This document shows positions 29,681 to 38,843 of a stretch of 64,000 bases of DNA, piece after piece. Source of the stretch: a bacterium (GTDB lineage: Bacteria > JADJOY01); the NCBI GenBank assembly GCA_046331705.1, contig JAXLQJ010000019.1, positions 1-64,000 on the forward strand, read 5' to 3'. The notes beneath the pieces were generated by a model. That model had not been told where the DNA came from. It searched no databases and worked only from the letters and a program-made list of their open reading frames with translations. The translations under genes and the position numbers were made by a program. How positions within the stretch are numbered: the first letter of the stretch is position 1; each line of letters begins with the position of its first letter.

Positions 29681-30588
29681 GGGTGCTCGTCACGGGCGTG
29701 TCCGGGAAGCTCGGCCGCCTGGTCGCCGCTCGCCTCGCCACCGAGCACCACGCCGTGTTGGGCGCGGACATCCGCCCGTGGCCGGACGCTCCCACGGGTG
29801 TGAAGGTTCACGTCGTCGACTTGCGCAAGCGCGCCGCCGAGGACGTGTTCCGCACCGAGCGGCCGACCGTCGTCGTGCACATGGGCACGCTGACCCAGTT
29901 CACGGCGCCCACCGAGGAGCGCGAGCGCATCAACCTCGATGGCACCCGCAAGGTATTCGAGTACTGCCATCGCTATCGAGCCAAGCACGTGGTGTTCGTC
30001 GGCCGGCACACGTTCTACGGAGCCAGCGGCGATTCGCCGCTCTACCACACCGAGGACGAGCCGCCGGTCGCCGTGACGAAGTTCCCCGAGCTCACGGACT
30101 TGGTGGCGGCCGATCTGTTCGCGGGATCGTCGCTGTGGCGCTACCCGGACATGAGCACCACGGTCTTGCGCATGTGCTACACGCTCGGGCCCACCAAGCA
30201 CGGCACGCTCGCGACCTTCCTCAAGGGGCCACTGGTGCCGATGGTGCTGGGGTTCGATCCGCTCTTCCAGTTCATGCACGAGCAGGACGTGGTGAGCGCG
30301 ATCGTCGCCGCCGTGAAGACCCGCGTCGCTGGCGTCTTCAACGTGGCCGGTCCGCAGCCGGTGCCACTCTCGCTGGCGGTTCGCGTCACCGGACGGACCG
30401 CCGTGCCGCTGCCCGAGCCCGTGTTCCGGCGACTGCTCGGGAGATTCGGGCTTCCCAAGCTCACGAGCGGCGCGATCCAGCACATCAAGTATCCCGTCGT
30501 GATCGACGCGTCGCGCTTCAAGGCGGCCACCGGCTTCCAGCACCAGATCGACGAAGTCCAGGCGATGGAAGCGTTTCGCTGGGCGTGA
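29677..30588 (+). CDS. NAD-dependent epimerase/dehydratase (extended SDR)
   Basis: [11 protein letters not shown]ossmann motif, [29 protein letters not shown]-coupled to the acyltransferase. Confidence 0.88.
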   Translation: MRVLVTGVSGKLGRLVAARLATEHHAVLGADIRPWPDAPTGVKVHVVDLRKRAAEDVFRTERPTVVVHMGTLTQFTAPTEERERINLDGTRKVFEYCHRYRAKHVVFVGRHTFYGASGDSPLYHTEDEPPVAVTKFPELTDLVAADLFAGSSLWRYPDMSTTVLRMCYTLGPTKHGTLATFLKGPLVPMVLGFDPLFQFMHEQDVVSAIVAAVKTRVAGVFNVAGPQPVPLSLAVRVTGRTAVPLPEPVFRRLLGRFGLPKLTSGAIQHIKYPVVIDASRFKAATGFQHQIDEVQAMEAFRWA

Positions 30589-30736
30589 CGCCGCGCCTGC
30601 GGGAGTGAACCCGAGCGAGGCTTGAGCTCGAGACCGGAGTCACCCTGCGCTGCAGCGTCGACCACGCGATTCCAGCCCGCCGGCGCGTGCGACGGGGTCG
30701 CCACGGATCGAACCTCGCTCGACGCTCGTCGCGAGC

Positions 30737-31627
30737 ATGACGATCTCGGACCCACCACGACGCAACGTGCCGCGCGTGCCGTGGCGGGCCGGCGCGCTGT
30801 CGCTCGCAATCCCTGGCCTAGGGCATGTCTATGCCGGACACGGGCGGCGGGGGCTGGCGATCTTCGGCCTGGTGGCGCTGAGCTGCTGGGCGCAGGCGCT
30901 GCTCGCGCTCGGTGACTCGCTCACGGTCGGATCCTTCTGGCTCATCCGGGCGGTCCGCATCGGCGGGTCGGGGCTTGCGCTCCTCGACTCGGTTCGCCTG
31001 GCACGTCGGTACCGAGGCGAGTATCTCCTCAACGACACCAACCGCTGGTATGCGTACCTGTCGATCGGGTTCGTCGGCGCGCTGCTCCTCGCGACGCCCC
31101 TCGGCGCCGTGCAGGTCTTTCGCGTGCCCGCGCGGTCCATGGTGCCGACCATCGCCGTCGGCGATTGGATCGTCGCGAACCGATGGTCCTACCGCCGTGC
31201 TGAGCCGAAGCGCGGGGACGTCATCGTGTTCCACTTTCCGATGAACCCGGCCGAGACCTACCTGAAGCGCGTCGTGGGGCTGCCCGGCGAGACCGTCGAG
31301 ATCCACGATCGTCGCGTCGTCGTCGACGGCCGCGAGATCGATGACCCGTGGGGCCATTGCCCCGACGGACGGAGGATCGGGAGCGCCGGCGCCGATTGCG
31401 GCCGGGCCACACCACGCCTCGATTCGATGTCCGCGACGCGCGTCCCGGAGCAGGGTTACTTCGTGCTCGGCGACGATCGCCAGCAAAGCCAGGACAGCCG
31501 ATTCTGGGGACCCGTGCCGCGAGACCTGCTCGTCGGCAAGATCGTCGGGATCTATTGGTCGTGGGATGGTCGCCGCCACCTTCCTCGACTGGATCGCATC
31601 GGTTCGCTCACCGCGCCGCAGCAGTGA
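30737..31627 (+). CDS. lepB: Signal peptidase I
   Basis: SMVPT (catalytic Ser), GDVIVF, YLKRVVGLPG (catalytic Lys), GDDRQQSQDSRFWG; N-terminal TM segments with PGLGHVY. Confidence 0.9.
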   Translation: MTISDPPRRNVPRVPWRAGALSLAIPGLGHVYAGHGRRGLAIFGLVALSCWAQALLALGDSLTVGSFWLIRAVRIGGSGLALLDSVRLARRYRGEYLLNDTNRWYAYLSIGFVGALLLATPLGAVQVFRVPARSMVPTIAVGDWIVANRWSYRRAEPKRGDVIVFHFPMNPAETYLKRVVGLPGETVEIHDRRVVVDGREIDDPWGHCPDGRRIGSAGADCGRATPRLDSMSATRVPEQGYFVLGDDRQQSQDSRFWGPVPRDLLVGKIVGIYWSWDGRRHLPRLDRIGSLTAPQQ

Positions 31628-31703
31628 TCGGCAGCCGATCGCGCGTTGCGTTCGCGGCGAGGGGCCGGTCTCTGGCAGCGCGCTGGTCGGATAGGTTGGG
31701 CGC

Positions 31704-32378
31704 ATGGCGTTCGGCGATGCGCGAAAGGCGCCCGAGGGCGCGGCGACGCTGCACCTGGGCACGCCGCGCGCCAGCGCGACGAGCCTGGCGAAGCCCCTCG
31801 AGGAGCGCTGGTGCGACGCGTTCGAGGCCGCGTGTGCCGCGGTGCGGCGCCAGCACGCGCTCAATCGCAAGCTCTATCCGAAGCAGGGCCCACCGAAGAC
31901 GTGGTCCCAGCCCGCACCGCCCGAGCCTTCGCTCTTCGAGGCGACGATCTCGCTCGTGTGCTTCGTCGAGGGGCTCATCGAGGGCTACATCCACGTCCGT
32001 CACGGCCAGCTCGACGTGCTCCGGTGGGTTCACGCCGTCTTCGCGACCGCCGCGTCGAAGGTGCAGAGCGCCGCCGAGAGCGGGATGCCCAACACGTCGG
32101 GGTTCACGGACGTCCCCCACGAGCTCGTCGCCGCGGGCGAGACGCTCAGCGATCTCTTCGCCGCGGCGCCGCTCGATCCGTTTCGGCCGATCGCGGTCAC
32201 GCCGGCGCTCACCATCGATGCGAGCCGACTGCGCCCGTCGACCTGGGTGACGCTGATCGAGCTCTACGATGCGCTCGGCATGGCGGCGTTCGGCGGCCGC
32301 GCCGAGTGGGCGGCCCGCGGTCGCACCTCGGATCTCCTCGCCGCCTGGACGAGTGGCTTCCCGCGGGTCCCCGGATGA
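31704..32378 (+). CDS. Hypothetical protein (224 aa)
   Basis: Fills the gap between lepB and the GNAT gene; protein-like composition; no family recognised. Confidence 0.55.
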   Translation: MAFGDARKAPEGAATLHLGTPRASATSLAKPLEERWCDAFEAACAAVRRQHALNRKLYPKQGPPKTWSQPAPPEPSLFEATISLVCFVEGLIEGYIHVRHGQLDVLRWVHAVFATAASKVQSAAESGMPNTSGFTDVPHELVAAGETLSDLFAAAPLDPFRPIAVTPALTIDASRLRPSTWVTLIELYDALGMAAFGGRAEWAARGRTSDLLAAWTSGFPRVPG

Positions 32379-32400
32379 ACGCGTTCGTCGGGCGCGACGC

Positions 32401-33027
32401 TCACCGCGCTCGCCGGAACACCCGTCGGAAGATCGGTCGTGCCGGCGAGACGCCCGGCGCTTCCCGGAACCTCGCGCGTTCGAAGAGACGCGGCACGCCG
32501 GTCCACGCGAATGCCGCCGCGATCCGCCCGTTCGGGCCGGGTCGCACGGGGTAGCCCTCGATCCGCACGGCTCCGCGCTCGCGCGCGAGCTCGACGGCGC
32601 GCGCGAGCAGCGCCGCCGCGACTCCCCGTCGCCGCCAGCGCGGCGGCACGAAGAAGCACAGCACGCCCCAGGTCGACGGCGGGGCGCCGGTCGCGAGGAC
32701 GCGGCTCGCCTCGAGACGAGGGAAGTCCTCGCGCGGCCCCACGTTGCACCAGCCGACGGGCTCGTCGCCGGCGAACGCCAAGACGCCGTGCACTCTCCCG
32801 CAGCGCACGAGCTCGCGAAACGCCGCGCGATGGGTTGCCCCGCGCCCCGTCGACCAGGCTCGTCCGCGCACGCGCCAGAACATGCACCAGCAGCCGGCGC
32901 AGGCGCCCTGGGGGCCGAAGAGTCGCGCGATCGTCGGCCAGTCGTCGGGGGTGAGCGGCCGGACCGAGAGCGGGGGCTTGTCGGGTGCCGATGAAGCGGA
33001 GGTCGCCGTGCGCTTGGATCTCGACAT
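32401..33027 (-). CDS. GNAT family acetyltransferase
   Basis: CAGCWCMFWR, GVLAFAGDEPVGWC, CFFVPPRWRRRGVA, IEGYP, WTG..LFERARF. Confidence 0.88.
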   Translation of the reverse strand: MSRSKRTATSASSAPDKPPLSVRPLTPDDWPTIARLFGPQGACAGCWCMFWRVRGRAWSTGRGATHRAAFRELVRCGRVHGVLAFAGDEPVGWCNVGPREDFPRLEASRVLATGAPPSTWGVLCFFVPPRWRRRGVAAALLARAVELARERGAVRIEGYPVRPGPNGRIAAAFAWTGVPRLFERARFREAPGVSPARPIFRRVFRRAR

Positions 33028-33072
33028 CGTGGCCGCTCCGTGGCTCGTGGACCGCAGCGCTAGACTACGCGC

Positions 33073-33768
33073 ATGTCGGCACTCGTCGAAACGCTGCGCG
33101 CCTGCGAGGTCTTTGGCGAGGTGCCGTGCGAGGTGCTCGAGCGCGTGGTCGGACGGATCGAATCCGAGCAGGTGCCGCGCCGCGCGTTCCTCTTTCACGA
33201 GGGTGATCCCGCGCGCTGGCTGTGGGTGGTCGAGAGCGGCCGGGTCAAGATCTTCAAGACCGCGAGCGGCGGCCAGGAGGTGGCGCTGGACCTGCTCGGG
33301 CGCGGCCAGGTGATTGGCGGCGTGGCGGTGCTCGAGGCTAAGCCGTACCCGGCGTCCGCGCGCTCGATCGAGCCGACGGTGGTCGTCAAGCTGCCGCGCG
33401 AGGTCGTGCAGGAGATCGCGGATCGCGCGCCGGGCTTCCTGCGGCGCATGGCGTTGATGATGGGCGAGCGCTTACGCGAGGCCCACGATCACATGCGCGC
33501 GCTGGCGGCCGAGCCTGTCGAGCAGCGGGTGGCGGCCGTGCTGCTCAGGATCGCCCGGCGCGAAGCGGAGGCCGCGACCGGCGCGGACGACGAGCTGCGC
33601 ATCCCGTTTCACCTCACCCGTCAGAATCTCGCCGATCTCGCGGGCACCACCGTCGAGACCGCGATCCGCACCATGAGCCGATGGACGCGCGCGGGCCTGG
33701 TTCACGACGACGAGGGCCGCATCGCCATCGTGGACGCGGGCCTCATGCGCGAGATCGCCGGGGACTGA
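33073..33768 (+). CDS. Crp/Fnr family transcriptional regulator
   Basis: LFHEGD, SGRVKI cNMP-type barrel; HTH LTRQNLADLAGTTVETAIRTMS. Confidence 0.93.
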   Translation: MSALVETLRACEVFGEVPCEVLERVVGRIESEQVPRRAFLFHEGDPARWLWVVESGRVKIFKTASGGQEVALDLLGRGQVIGGVAVLEAKPYPASARSIEPTVVVKLPREVVQEIADRAPGFLRRMALMMGERLREAHDHMRALAAEPVEQRVAAVLLRIARREAEAATGADDELRIPFHLTRQNLADLAGTTVETAIRTMSRWTRAGLVHDDEGRIAIVDAGLMREIAGD

Positions 33769-33778
33769 TCTGCGTCAT
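33765..33778 (+). promoter_or_regulatory. FNR/DNR-like binding site upstream of the hemerythrin gene
   Basis: CTGAT-CTGC-GTCAT versus consensus TTGAT-N4-ATCAA; a -10-like TAGCGT at 33802-33807 gives class II (about -42) geometry. Confidence 0.5.
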
Positions 33779-33902
33779 AGGTGGGGCTTCGCGTGGCGGC
33801 CTAGCGTCGAGCGCAGCGAGGCTGGCCGGACCCGCGGCCTCGCGCGCCGGCGAGCGTCGCCAGCGCCGTGATCCGACAACGCGGGCCGAATGGGAGTCAC
33901 CG

Positions 33903-34445
33903 ATGATCGCGGAAAAGCAGGACTGGGCGCATCAGCCGACCGCGCTGTTGCGCGAGGAGCACGACATCATCACGCGGGCGCTCGGCATCCTCGAGCGCCA
34001 GGCGCGCGCGCTGGACGGTGGGAATCCGGCAGCGCGCGAGCGGATCGCGGCGCTCGCCGAGTTCATCCGCGAGTTCGCGGACAGGCGCCATCACGGCAAG
34101 GAAGAGGACGTGCTCTTCGCCGCGATGGTGGACGCGGGGATGCCGCGGCACGTGGGGCCGATCGGCATGATGCTCGCGGAGCACGACCAGGGTCGGGGCT
34201 ACGTGAAGGCCATGGAGTCGCCCGACGATCGCGTCGCCGCCAAGGCGGCGCGTGACTACGCGACGTTGCTCTCGAGCCACATCCAGAAGGAAAACGGCAT
34301 CCTCTTCCCGATGGCCGAGGAGGTGCTACCGCCCGAGGTGCGCGAGCGCGTGGCGCATCGCTTCGCCGAGCTGGAGGATGCGGCGGGTGGAGCCGCCAGC
34401 AGGGCGAGCTGGGTCGCGCGGCTGGAAGCGCTCGCGAAGGAATGA
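33903..34445 (+). CDS. Hemerythrin (HHE) domain protein
   Basis: EEHDII, HHGKEEDVLF, EHDQGR, HIQKENGILFPMA. Confidence 0.92.
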   Translation: MIAEKQDWAHQPTALLREEHDIITRALGILERQARALDGGNPAARERIAALAEFIREFADRRHHGKEEDVLFAAMVDAGMPRHVGPIGMMLAEHDQGRGYVKAMESPDDRVAAKAARDYATLLSSHIQKENGILFPMAEEVLPPEVRERVAHRFAELEDAAGGAASRASWVARLEALAKE

Positions 34446-34448
34446 CCC

Positions 34449-34832
34449 TCAGCGCTGGCCGCGAGGGGGCGCATCCGGCGCGGGCGCGAGCAATCCCTGG
34501 ATCCAGGAGTCGATCGCGACCGTGGAGGGCAGGCCGAGCGTCCCGGCGGCGAGCGACACGACCTGCTCGATCTCCGCGCGGCCGATCCCGAGCGCCAGCG
34601 CCTTGCGCACGCCCGAGCGCACCGCACCCTCGCGGAAGGCACCCATCGCGATGCCGAGCTTCACCAGGCGCGCGGTGCGCTCGTCGAGTGGCCCGCGCTC
34701 GCCGGCTTGGCCGATGAGGTCCCACGCGCGGCCGAGATCGGGATAGCGTGCGATGAACTCGGAGTAGGCCGGCGGCGGCTTGGGCAACGACTTCGAGGAG
34801 GCGCGCGACCTCGTGGGCTTGGCCTTCGGCAT
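34449..34832 (-). CDS. Carboxymuconolactone decarboxylase (CMD/AhpD-like) family protein
   Basis: GPLDERTARLVKLGIA, KALALG...EIEQV..LAAGTLGLP. Confidence 0.82.
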   Translation of the reverse strand: MPKAKPTRSRASSKSLPKPPPAYSEFIARYPDLGRAWDLIGQAGERGPLDERTARLVKLGIAMGAFREGAVRSGVRKALALGIGRAEIEQVVSLAAGTLGLPSTVAIDSWIQGLLAPAPDAPPRGQR

Positions 34833-34868
34833 GTCTCGTCTCCGGGGCGCCGCTTCGCTGCGACGCGT

Positions 34869-35318
34869 TCAGGCGATGGGGGAGAGCAACACCACCGGGA
34901 TCGGCCGCGTGGTCTTGCGCTGGTAGCTCTCGTAATCGGGATAGATGCCGTTGAGGAGTGGCCAGAGCCGCGCTTGCTCCTCGGCGGTGGCGGCGCGGGC
35001 GCGCACGCGCAGGCGCTCGCCGCCGATCTGGACCTCGGCTTCGCTCGAGGCTTGCAGGTTGAGCCACCACGCCGGCGCGAGATCGGAGCCGCCGTTCGAC
35101 GCCACCACCGCCAGGCTCGCGCCGTCGCGCAGGAAGATGAGCGGCGTGGTGCGCTGCTGGCCGCTCTTCCGGCCGGTGGTCGTGAGCAGCAGGATCGGCG
35201 CCTCGCGGATCTTGCCGAGCGTCTTGCCGCCGCTGCGGCGATAGAGCCAGACGTGGAAGCGCGAGAACCAGCGGACGAACGAGGGCATCGTGAGCAGATC
35301 GGAACCGGGCTTCGCCAT
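34869..35318 (-). CDS. F420-dependent deazaflavin oxidoreductase (Ddn/FDOR-A family)
   Basis: LLLTTTGRKSGQQRTTPL, VVASNGG, PAWWLNL, YESYQRKTTRPIPVV. Confidence 0.92.
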   Translation of the reverse strand: MAKPGSDLLTMPSFVRWFSRFHVWLYRRSGGKTLGKIREAPILLLTTTGRKSGQQRTTPLIFLRDGASLAVVASNGGSDLAPAWWLNLQASSEAEVQIGGERLRVRARAATAEEQARLWPLLNGIYPDYESYQRKTTRPIPVVLLSPIA

Positions 35319-35495
35319 GACTGCGCTCTCCTCGAGGTGGAACCGCGGCCAGTCTAGAGCGTGCGCGGCGCGCGGGCAGCCTCCGCGCCGTGCGCGACGC
35401 GATGGCCGGCCGCGGCGTGGCGCGCGGCGTGGCGCCTTGCGCCCCGTCGCGCCACGCGGGTAGCCTCCGCGCTCGCTTCGCTACCTCGGGACTCC

Positions 35496-35960
35496 ATGAC
35501 ACTCCTCTTCGCTCTCGTCGCGGTGGCGGTCGCCGCGCTCACGTTGGCCTACCTGCGCGAGCGCCGGCTGCTCGCGCGCGATTTTCGCGACGAGGCGGCG
35601 ACCGCGTGCACGTCGGGCGTGAGCCTCTCCATCCACGGGATCGCGATCGGTCGACTCATCTATGCGCTGCGCGACGCCGCGTCGCGCGCGTACCCGGCTC
35701 TGGCGGGCGCGGACATCGCCGCGCTGGTGCGCCGAGGGCTCACGATTCGCTGCGAGGCGTGCGGACCCCTCTCGGAGCGCGCGTTGAACGAGCTGATCGT
35801 CACCCAAGCGAGCATCGCGGCGGGTGGTCAGGATCTCCTCGGCAAGGACGCCGACGTGGCCAATCGCTCGGGCGGCAGCTGTGCCGGCTGCGGGCGCTCG
35901 ATGTTCCGCGCCAGCTTCGATCCCGAAGTGCTGCGCGCGGCCGCCGCGAAGACGGCCTGA
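35496..35960 (+). CDS. Hypothetical membrane-anchored protein with two CxxC pairs
   Basis: N-terminal TM MTLLFALVAVAVAALTLAYL; CEAC and CAGC motifs. Confidence 0.6.
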   Translation: MTLLFALVAVAVAALTLAYLRERRLLARDFRDEAATACTSGVSLSIHGIAIGRLIYALRDAASRAYPALAGADIAALVRRGLTIRCEACGPLSERALNELIVTQASIAAGGQDLLGKDADVANRSGGSCAGCGRSMFRASFDPEVLRAAAAKTA

Positions 35961-36197
35961 TCGGGCGCGGCCCCGTGCCGACCGCTCGGCCGGCGGCGGC
36001 TCGCGCCGGACCGCGGCGCTTGCGAGCGACCGACGCTCGGCGCTAACGTCGTCGACCTGTCGCGCGCTCGAGGGAGGGGTGGCGCGCGGCATCCTCGCTT
36101 CGAATCCCGCGGTCGACGAATCGGTGGCGCGCTGCGCCGGGCCGCCTCCGCTTCGTCTCGACGAGGCAGCGGCTGCTGCTCGCGCGCCGGAGGAACG

Positions 36198-36758
36198 ATG
36201 GTGGAACGCTGCGACTGGGCGAACGCCGATGCGCTCTTGGCCACCTATCACGACCGCGAGTGGGGAGTACCGCTGCACGACGACCGCCGCCACTTCGAGT
36301 TCCTGGTGCTGGACGCCATGCAGGCCGGCCTGAGCTGGCTCACCGTGCTCAAGAAGCGGGATGCCTTCCGCAGGGCATTCGACGGGTTCGATCCGCGCCG
36401 CGTCGCGCGCTTCGACGAGAAGCGGATCGAGGCGCTCATGGCGGACGCGAGCATCGTCCGCAACCGCGCCAAGATCGAGGCCGCGGTGCGCAACGCGCGT
36501 GCATTCCTCTGCGTGAAGCAGGAATTCGGCAGCTTCGACGCCTACATCTGGCGATTCGTCGACGGCGAGCCGCGCAAGAACCGCTTCCGACGCATCTCCC
36601 AGGTCCCGGCGAAGACCAAGCAATCGGACGCCATGAGCAAGGACCTGATCGCGCGGAACTTCAGCTTCGTGGGAAGCACCATCTGCTACGCGTACATGCA
36701 GGCCGCGGGCATGGTGAACGATCACCTGGTCGACTGCCATCGCTACGATCGCGTTTGA
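36198..36758 (+). CDS. tag: DNA-3-methyladenine glycosylase I
   Basis: RCDWA, YHDREWGVP, QAGLSWLTVLKKR, IVRNRAKI, FVGSTICYAYMQAAGMVNDH. Confidence 0.96.
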   Translation: MVERCDWANADALLATYHDREWGVPLHDDRRHFEFLVLDAMQAGLSWLTVLKKRDAFRRAFDGFDPRRVARFDEKRIEALMADASIVRNRAKIEAAVRNARAFLCVKQEFGSFDAYIWRFVDGEPRKNRFRRISQVPAKTKQSDAMSKDLIARNFSFVGSTICYAYMQAAGMVNDHLVDCHRYDRV

Positions 36759-36922
36759 GCCGCGGTCCCGGCCGAGGCGAATGCGACGGCGGGCGCGCGG
36801 AACGGGCGCGCTTCGAGACGCTGCCTCGGCGCGCTGTTAAAGTCGCGCTCTCTCAGCAACGATCCCATCTCTCCACGACGAGCACGCCCCGCGGCGGACG
36901 GCGCTCGCCCGCGGGAGCGCTC

Positions 36923-37579
36923 ATGGCCGAATGGACGATCATCCTGGGTAACAAGAACTACTCGTCGTGGTCGCTCCGGCCGTGGCTGGTGCTCGAGCAC
37001 GTGGGCGTGCCCTATGCCGAGGAGGTGATCCAGCTCGATCAAGAGGACACCAAGGAGCTGATCCTGCGGCACTCGCCCTCGGGTCGCGTGCCGTGCCTCC
37101 ACCATGGTCCGCTGATCGTCTGGGATTCGCTGGCGATCTGCGAGTACCTGAACGAATGCTTCCCCGCGAAGCAGCTCTGGCCCGCCGATGCGAAGGCTCG
37201 CATGGTGGCGCGCGCGGTGAGCGCCGAGATGCACGCCGGCTTCCCCGCGCTGCGCGAGTGCATGCCGATGAACATTCGCGCGTCGAAGCCGGGCAAGGGC
37301 CGTACCCCGGCGAGCGAGCTCGACATTCGCCGCGTGGTGGAGATCTGGCGCTCGTGTCGCGGCCGGTTCGGCGACGGTGGCCCCTTCCTCTTCGGTCACT
37401 TCACCATCGCTGACGCGATGTTCGCGCCGGTGGTAACGCGCTTCCGCACCTACGAGGTGCCGCTCACGGGCTCGGCCGCCGACTACGCGAGCGCGATCTG
37501 GGCGCTGCCGAGCCTCGAGAAATGGGTCGCGGCGGCGAAGATCGAGCCGTGGTCGAACCCCAAGTACGACGCGATCTGA
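36923..37579 (+). CDS. Glutathione S-transferase family protein
   Basis: GNKNYSSWSLRPWL, SPSGRVP, WDSLAICEYL, AEMHAGF, FTIADAMFAPV. Confidence 0.93.
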   Translation: MAEWTIILGNKNYSSWSLRPWLVLEHVGVPYAEEVIQLDQEDTKELILRHSPSGRVPCLHHGPLIVWDSLAICEYLNECFPAKQLWPADAKARMVARAVSAEMHAGFPALRECMPMNIRASKPGKGRTPASELDIRRVVEIWRSCRGRFGDGGPFLFGHFTIADAMFAPVVTRFRTYEVPLTGSAADYASAIWALPSLEKWVAAAKIEPWSNPKYDAI

Positions 37580-37610
37580 ACGGGTGACGGGCGCAACGGG
37601 CGGGTGACTC

Positions 37611-37991
37611 GTGACCGATCACCCGTACGCACCGCCCGTCGACTCGGCGTTCGACGATCCCCCCGCGCCCGTCGACCGGCTCGCGTGCCCGAGCTGCGGC
37701 AGGCGCGGAGTGTCGTTCTGGCTCGTGTGGATCTGCGGCTCGCTCGCCCGCCCGCGTTGCACCGCGTGCGGGGCGGCGCTTCGCATCGAGAAGCGCGGTG
37801 GGCTTCGCTTCGCCGGCTACGCGATCGGCTCGGCGCTCGGCGCGGCGCTGGTGCTGAACGTCCGGAACGAGTGGTTCTCGTGGTGGCTCTTCGCGCTGGC
37901 GACCGGCGCGGGATTCGCCCTCGACGCCTGGTGCGACCGCCGCGTCGTGCAGTTCGTCGCCAGCAGCCCGGCCACGGGCCGCGGCCTGTGA
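37611..37991 (+). CDS. Small membrane protein with zinc-ribbon-like CxxC pairs
   Basis: CPSCG and CTACG followed by two TM segments; N-terminal HPYAPP. Confidence 0.65.
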   Translation: MTDHPYAPPVDSAFDDPPAPVDRLACPSCGRRGVSFWLVWICGSLARPRCTACGAALRIEKRGGLRFAGYAIGSALGAALVLNVRNEWFSWWLFALATGAGFALDAWCDRRVVQFVASSPATGRGL

Positions 37992-38006
37992 GCACGGTCC
38001 ACCGCC

Positions 38007-38843
38007 GTGAGGCTCGACCTCGGCTTCGCTGGCGTCGGATTGGCGCTGCTGGTGCCGAGCGTGTGGCTCTGCCGTCGACCGTTCTCCGCTCCCGTCTCAC
38101 CCCGTGGACGCGCTGCGCTCGATCCGCCCGTCGCGGCCGAAGCCGATCCGTCGAACGTCTATCGAACGCCGACCGGTGCCGAGGGCTGCTCGCTCCCTGA
38201 GCCGTCGGCGTTCTTCCGCTCGCTGCGCCACCAAGAGATCGCGGCGCGGTTCGCGGTCGCGGGGGTTCTCGCCGGCCTTCTCGACGCGCCGGTCTTCGCT
38301 TGGGCGCAAGGAGATCCGTACACCGCCTTCCCATTCGTGTTGCTCCACGCGAACGTGCTGCTCGCCGTGCTCGCTGCATCGGTGTGGCAGCAGCCTGCAG
38401 CGCGCCGCCGGCGAGAGTTCGTGGCGACGCTCGTGAGCGAGCGCGGTGTCGCGAGCGACGCGATCGTCGACGCGCCGTGCGTCGACGTGTGGGCTCACGC
38501 TGGCTCGAACGGCTCCGGCACCACGATCGACGACGTGGGCTTCGTGGGCGTAGAGGGCGGGCGGCTCCTGCTCCGGACGGACTCGCGAGATCTTCGCATC
38601 GATCGCTCGCAGGTCGACGGGGTGGCGCGCTGTCGCCTTCGCGGCGCGACGATGAGCGTGCTCTTCGGGGTGCGCGCGGTCGCGTTGCGGTGGCGCCCCG
38701 AGCCCGCGGGTCCCGCCGTGTGGCTCTATCTCCTGGCCCGCGACGGCGAGTCTGCGTTCACGATCAAGCGGCGGAACGATGCGCTCGCGGCTCGGATCGT
38801 CGACTGGCGGACGGAACCGTCGACGGTGCCGGTGCGCGCGTGA
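38007..38843 (+). CDS. Hypothetical membrane protein (278 aa)
   Basis: Three hydrophobic segments and a soluble C-terminal domain (DDVGFV...LLLRTD); no family recognised. Confidence 0.55.
   Translation: MRLDLGFAGVGLALLVPSVWLCRRPFSAPVSPRGRAALDPPVAAEADPSNVYRTPTGAEGCSLPEPSAFFRSLRHQEIAARFAVAGVLAGLLDAPVFAWAQGDPYTAFPFVLLHANVLLAVLAASVWQQPAARRRREFVATLVSERGVASDAIVDAPCVDVWAHAGSNGSGTTIDDVGFVGVEGGRLLLRTDSRDLRIDRSQVDGVARCRLRGATMSVLFGVRAVALRWRPEPAGPAVWLYLLARDGESAFTIKRRNDALAARIVDWRTEPSTVPVRA

Noticed and set aside
36085..36115. TTCGAATCCC tRNA-like T-loop upstream of tag
   Set aside because: No cloverleaf can be formed.
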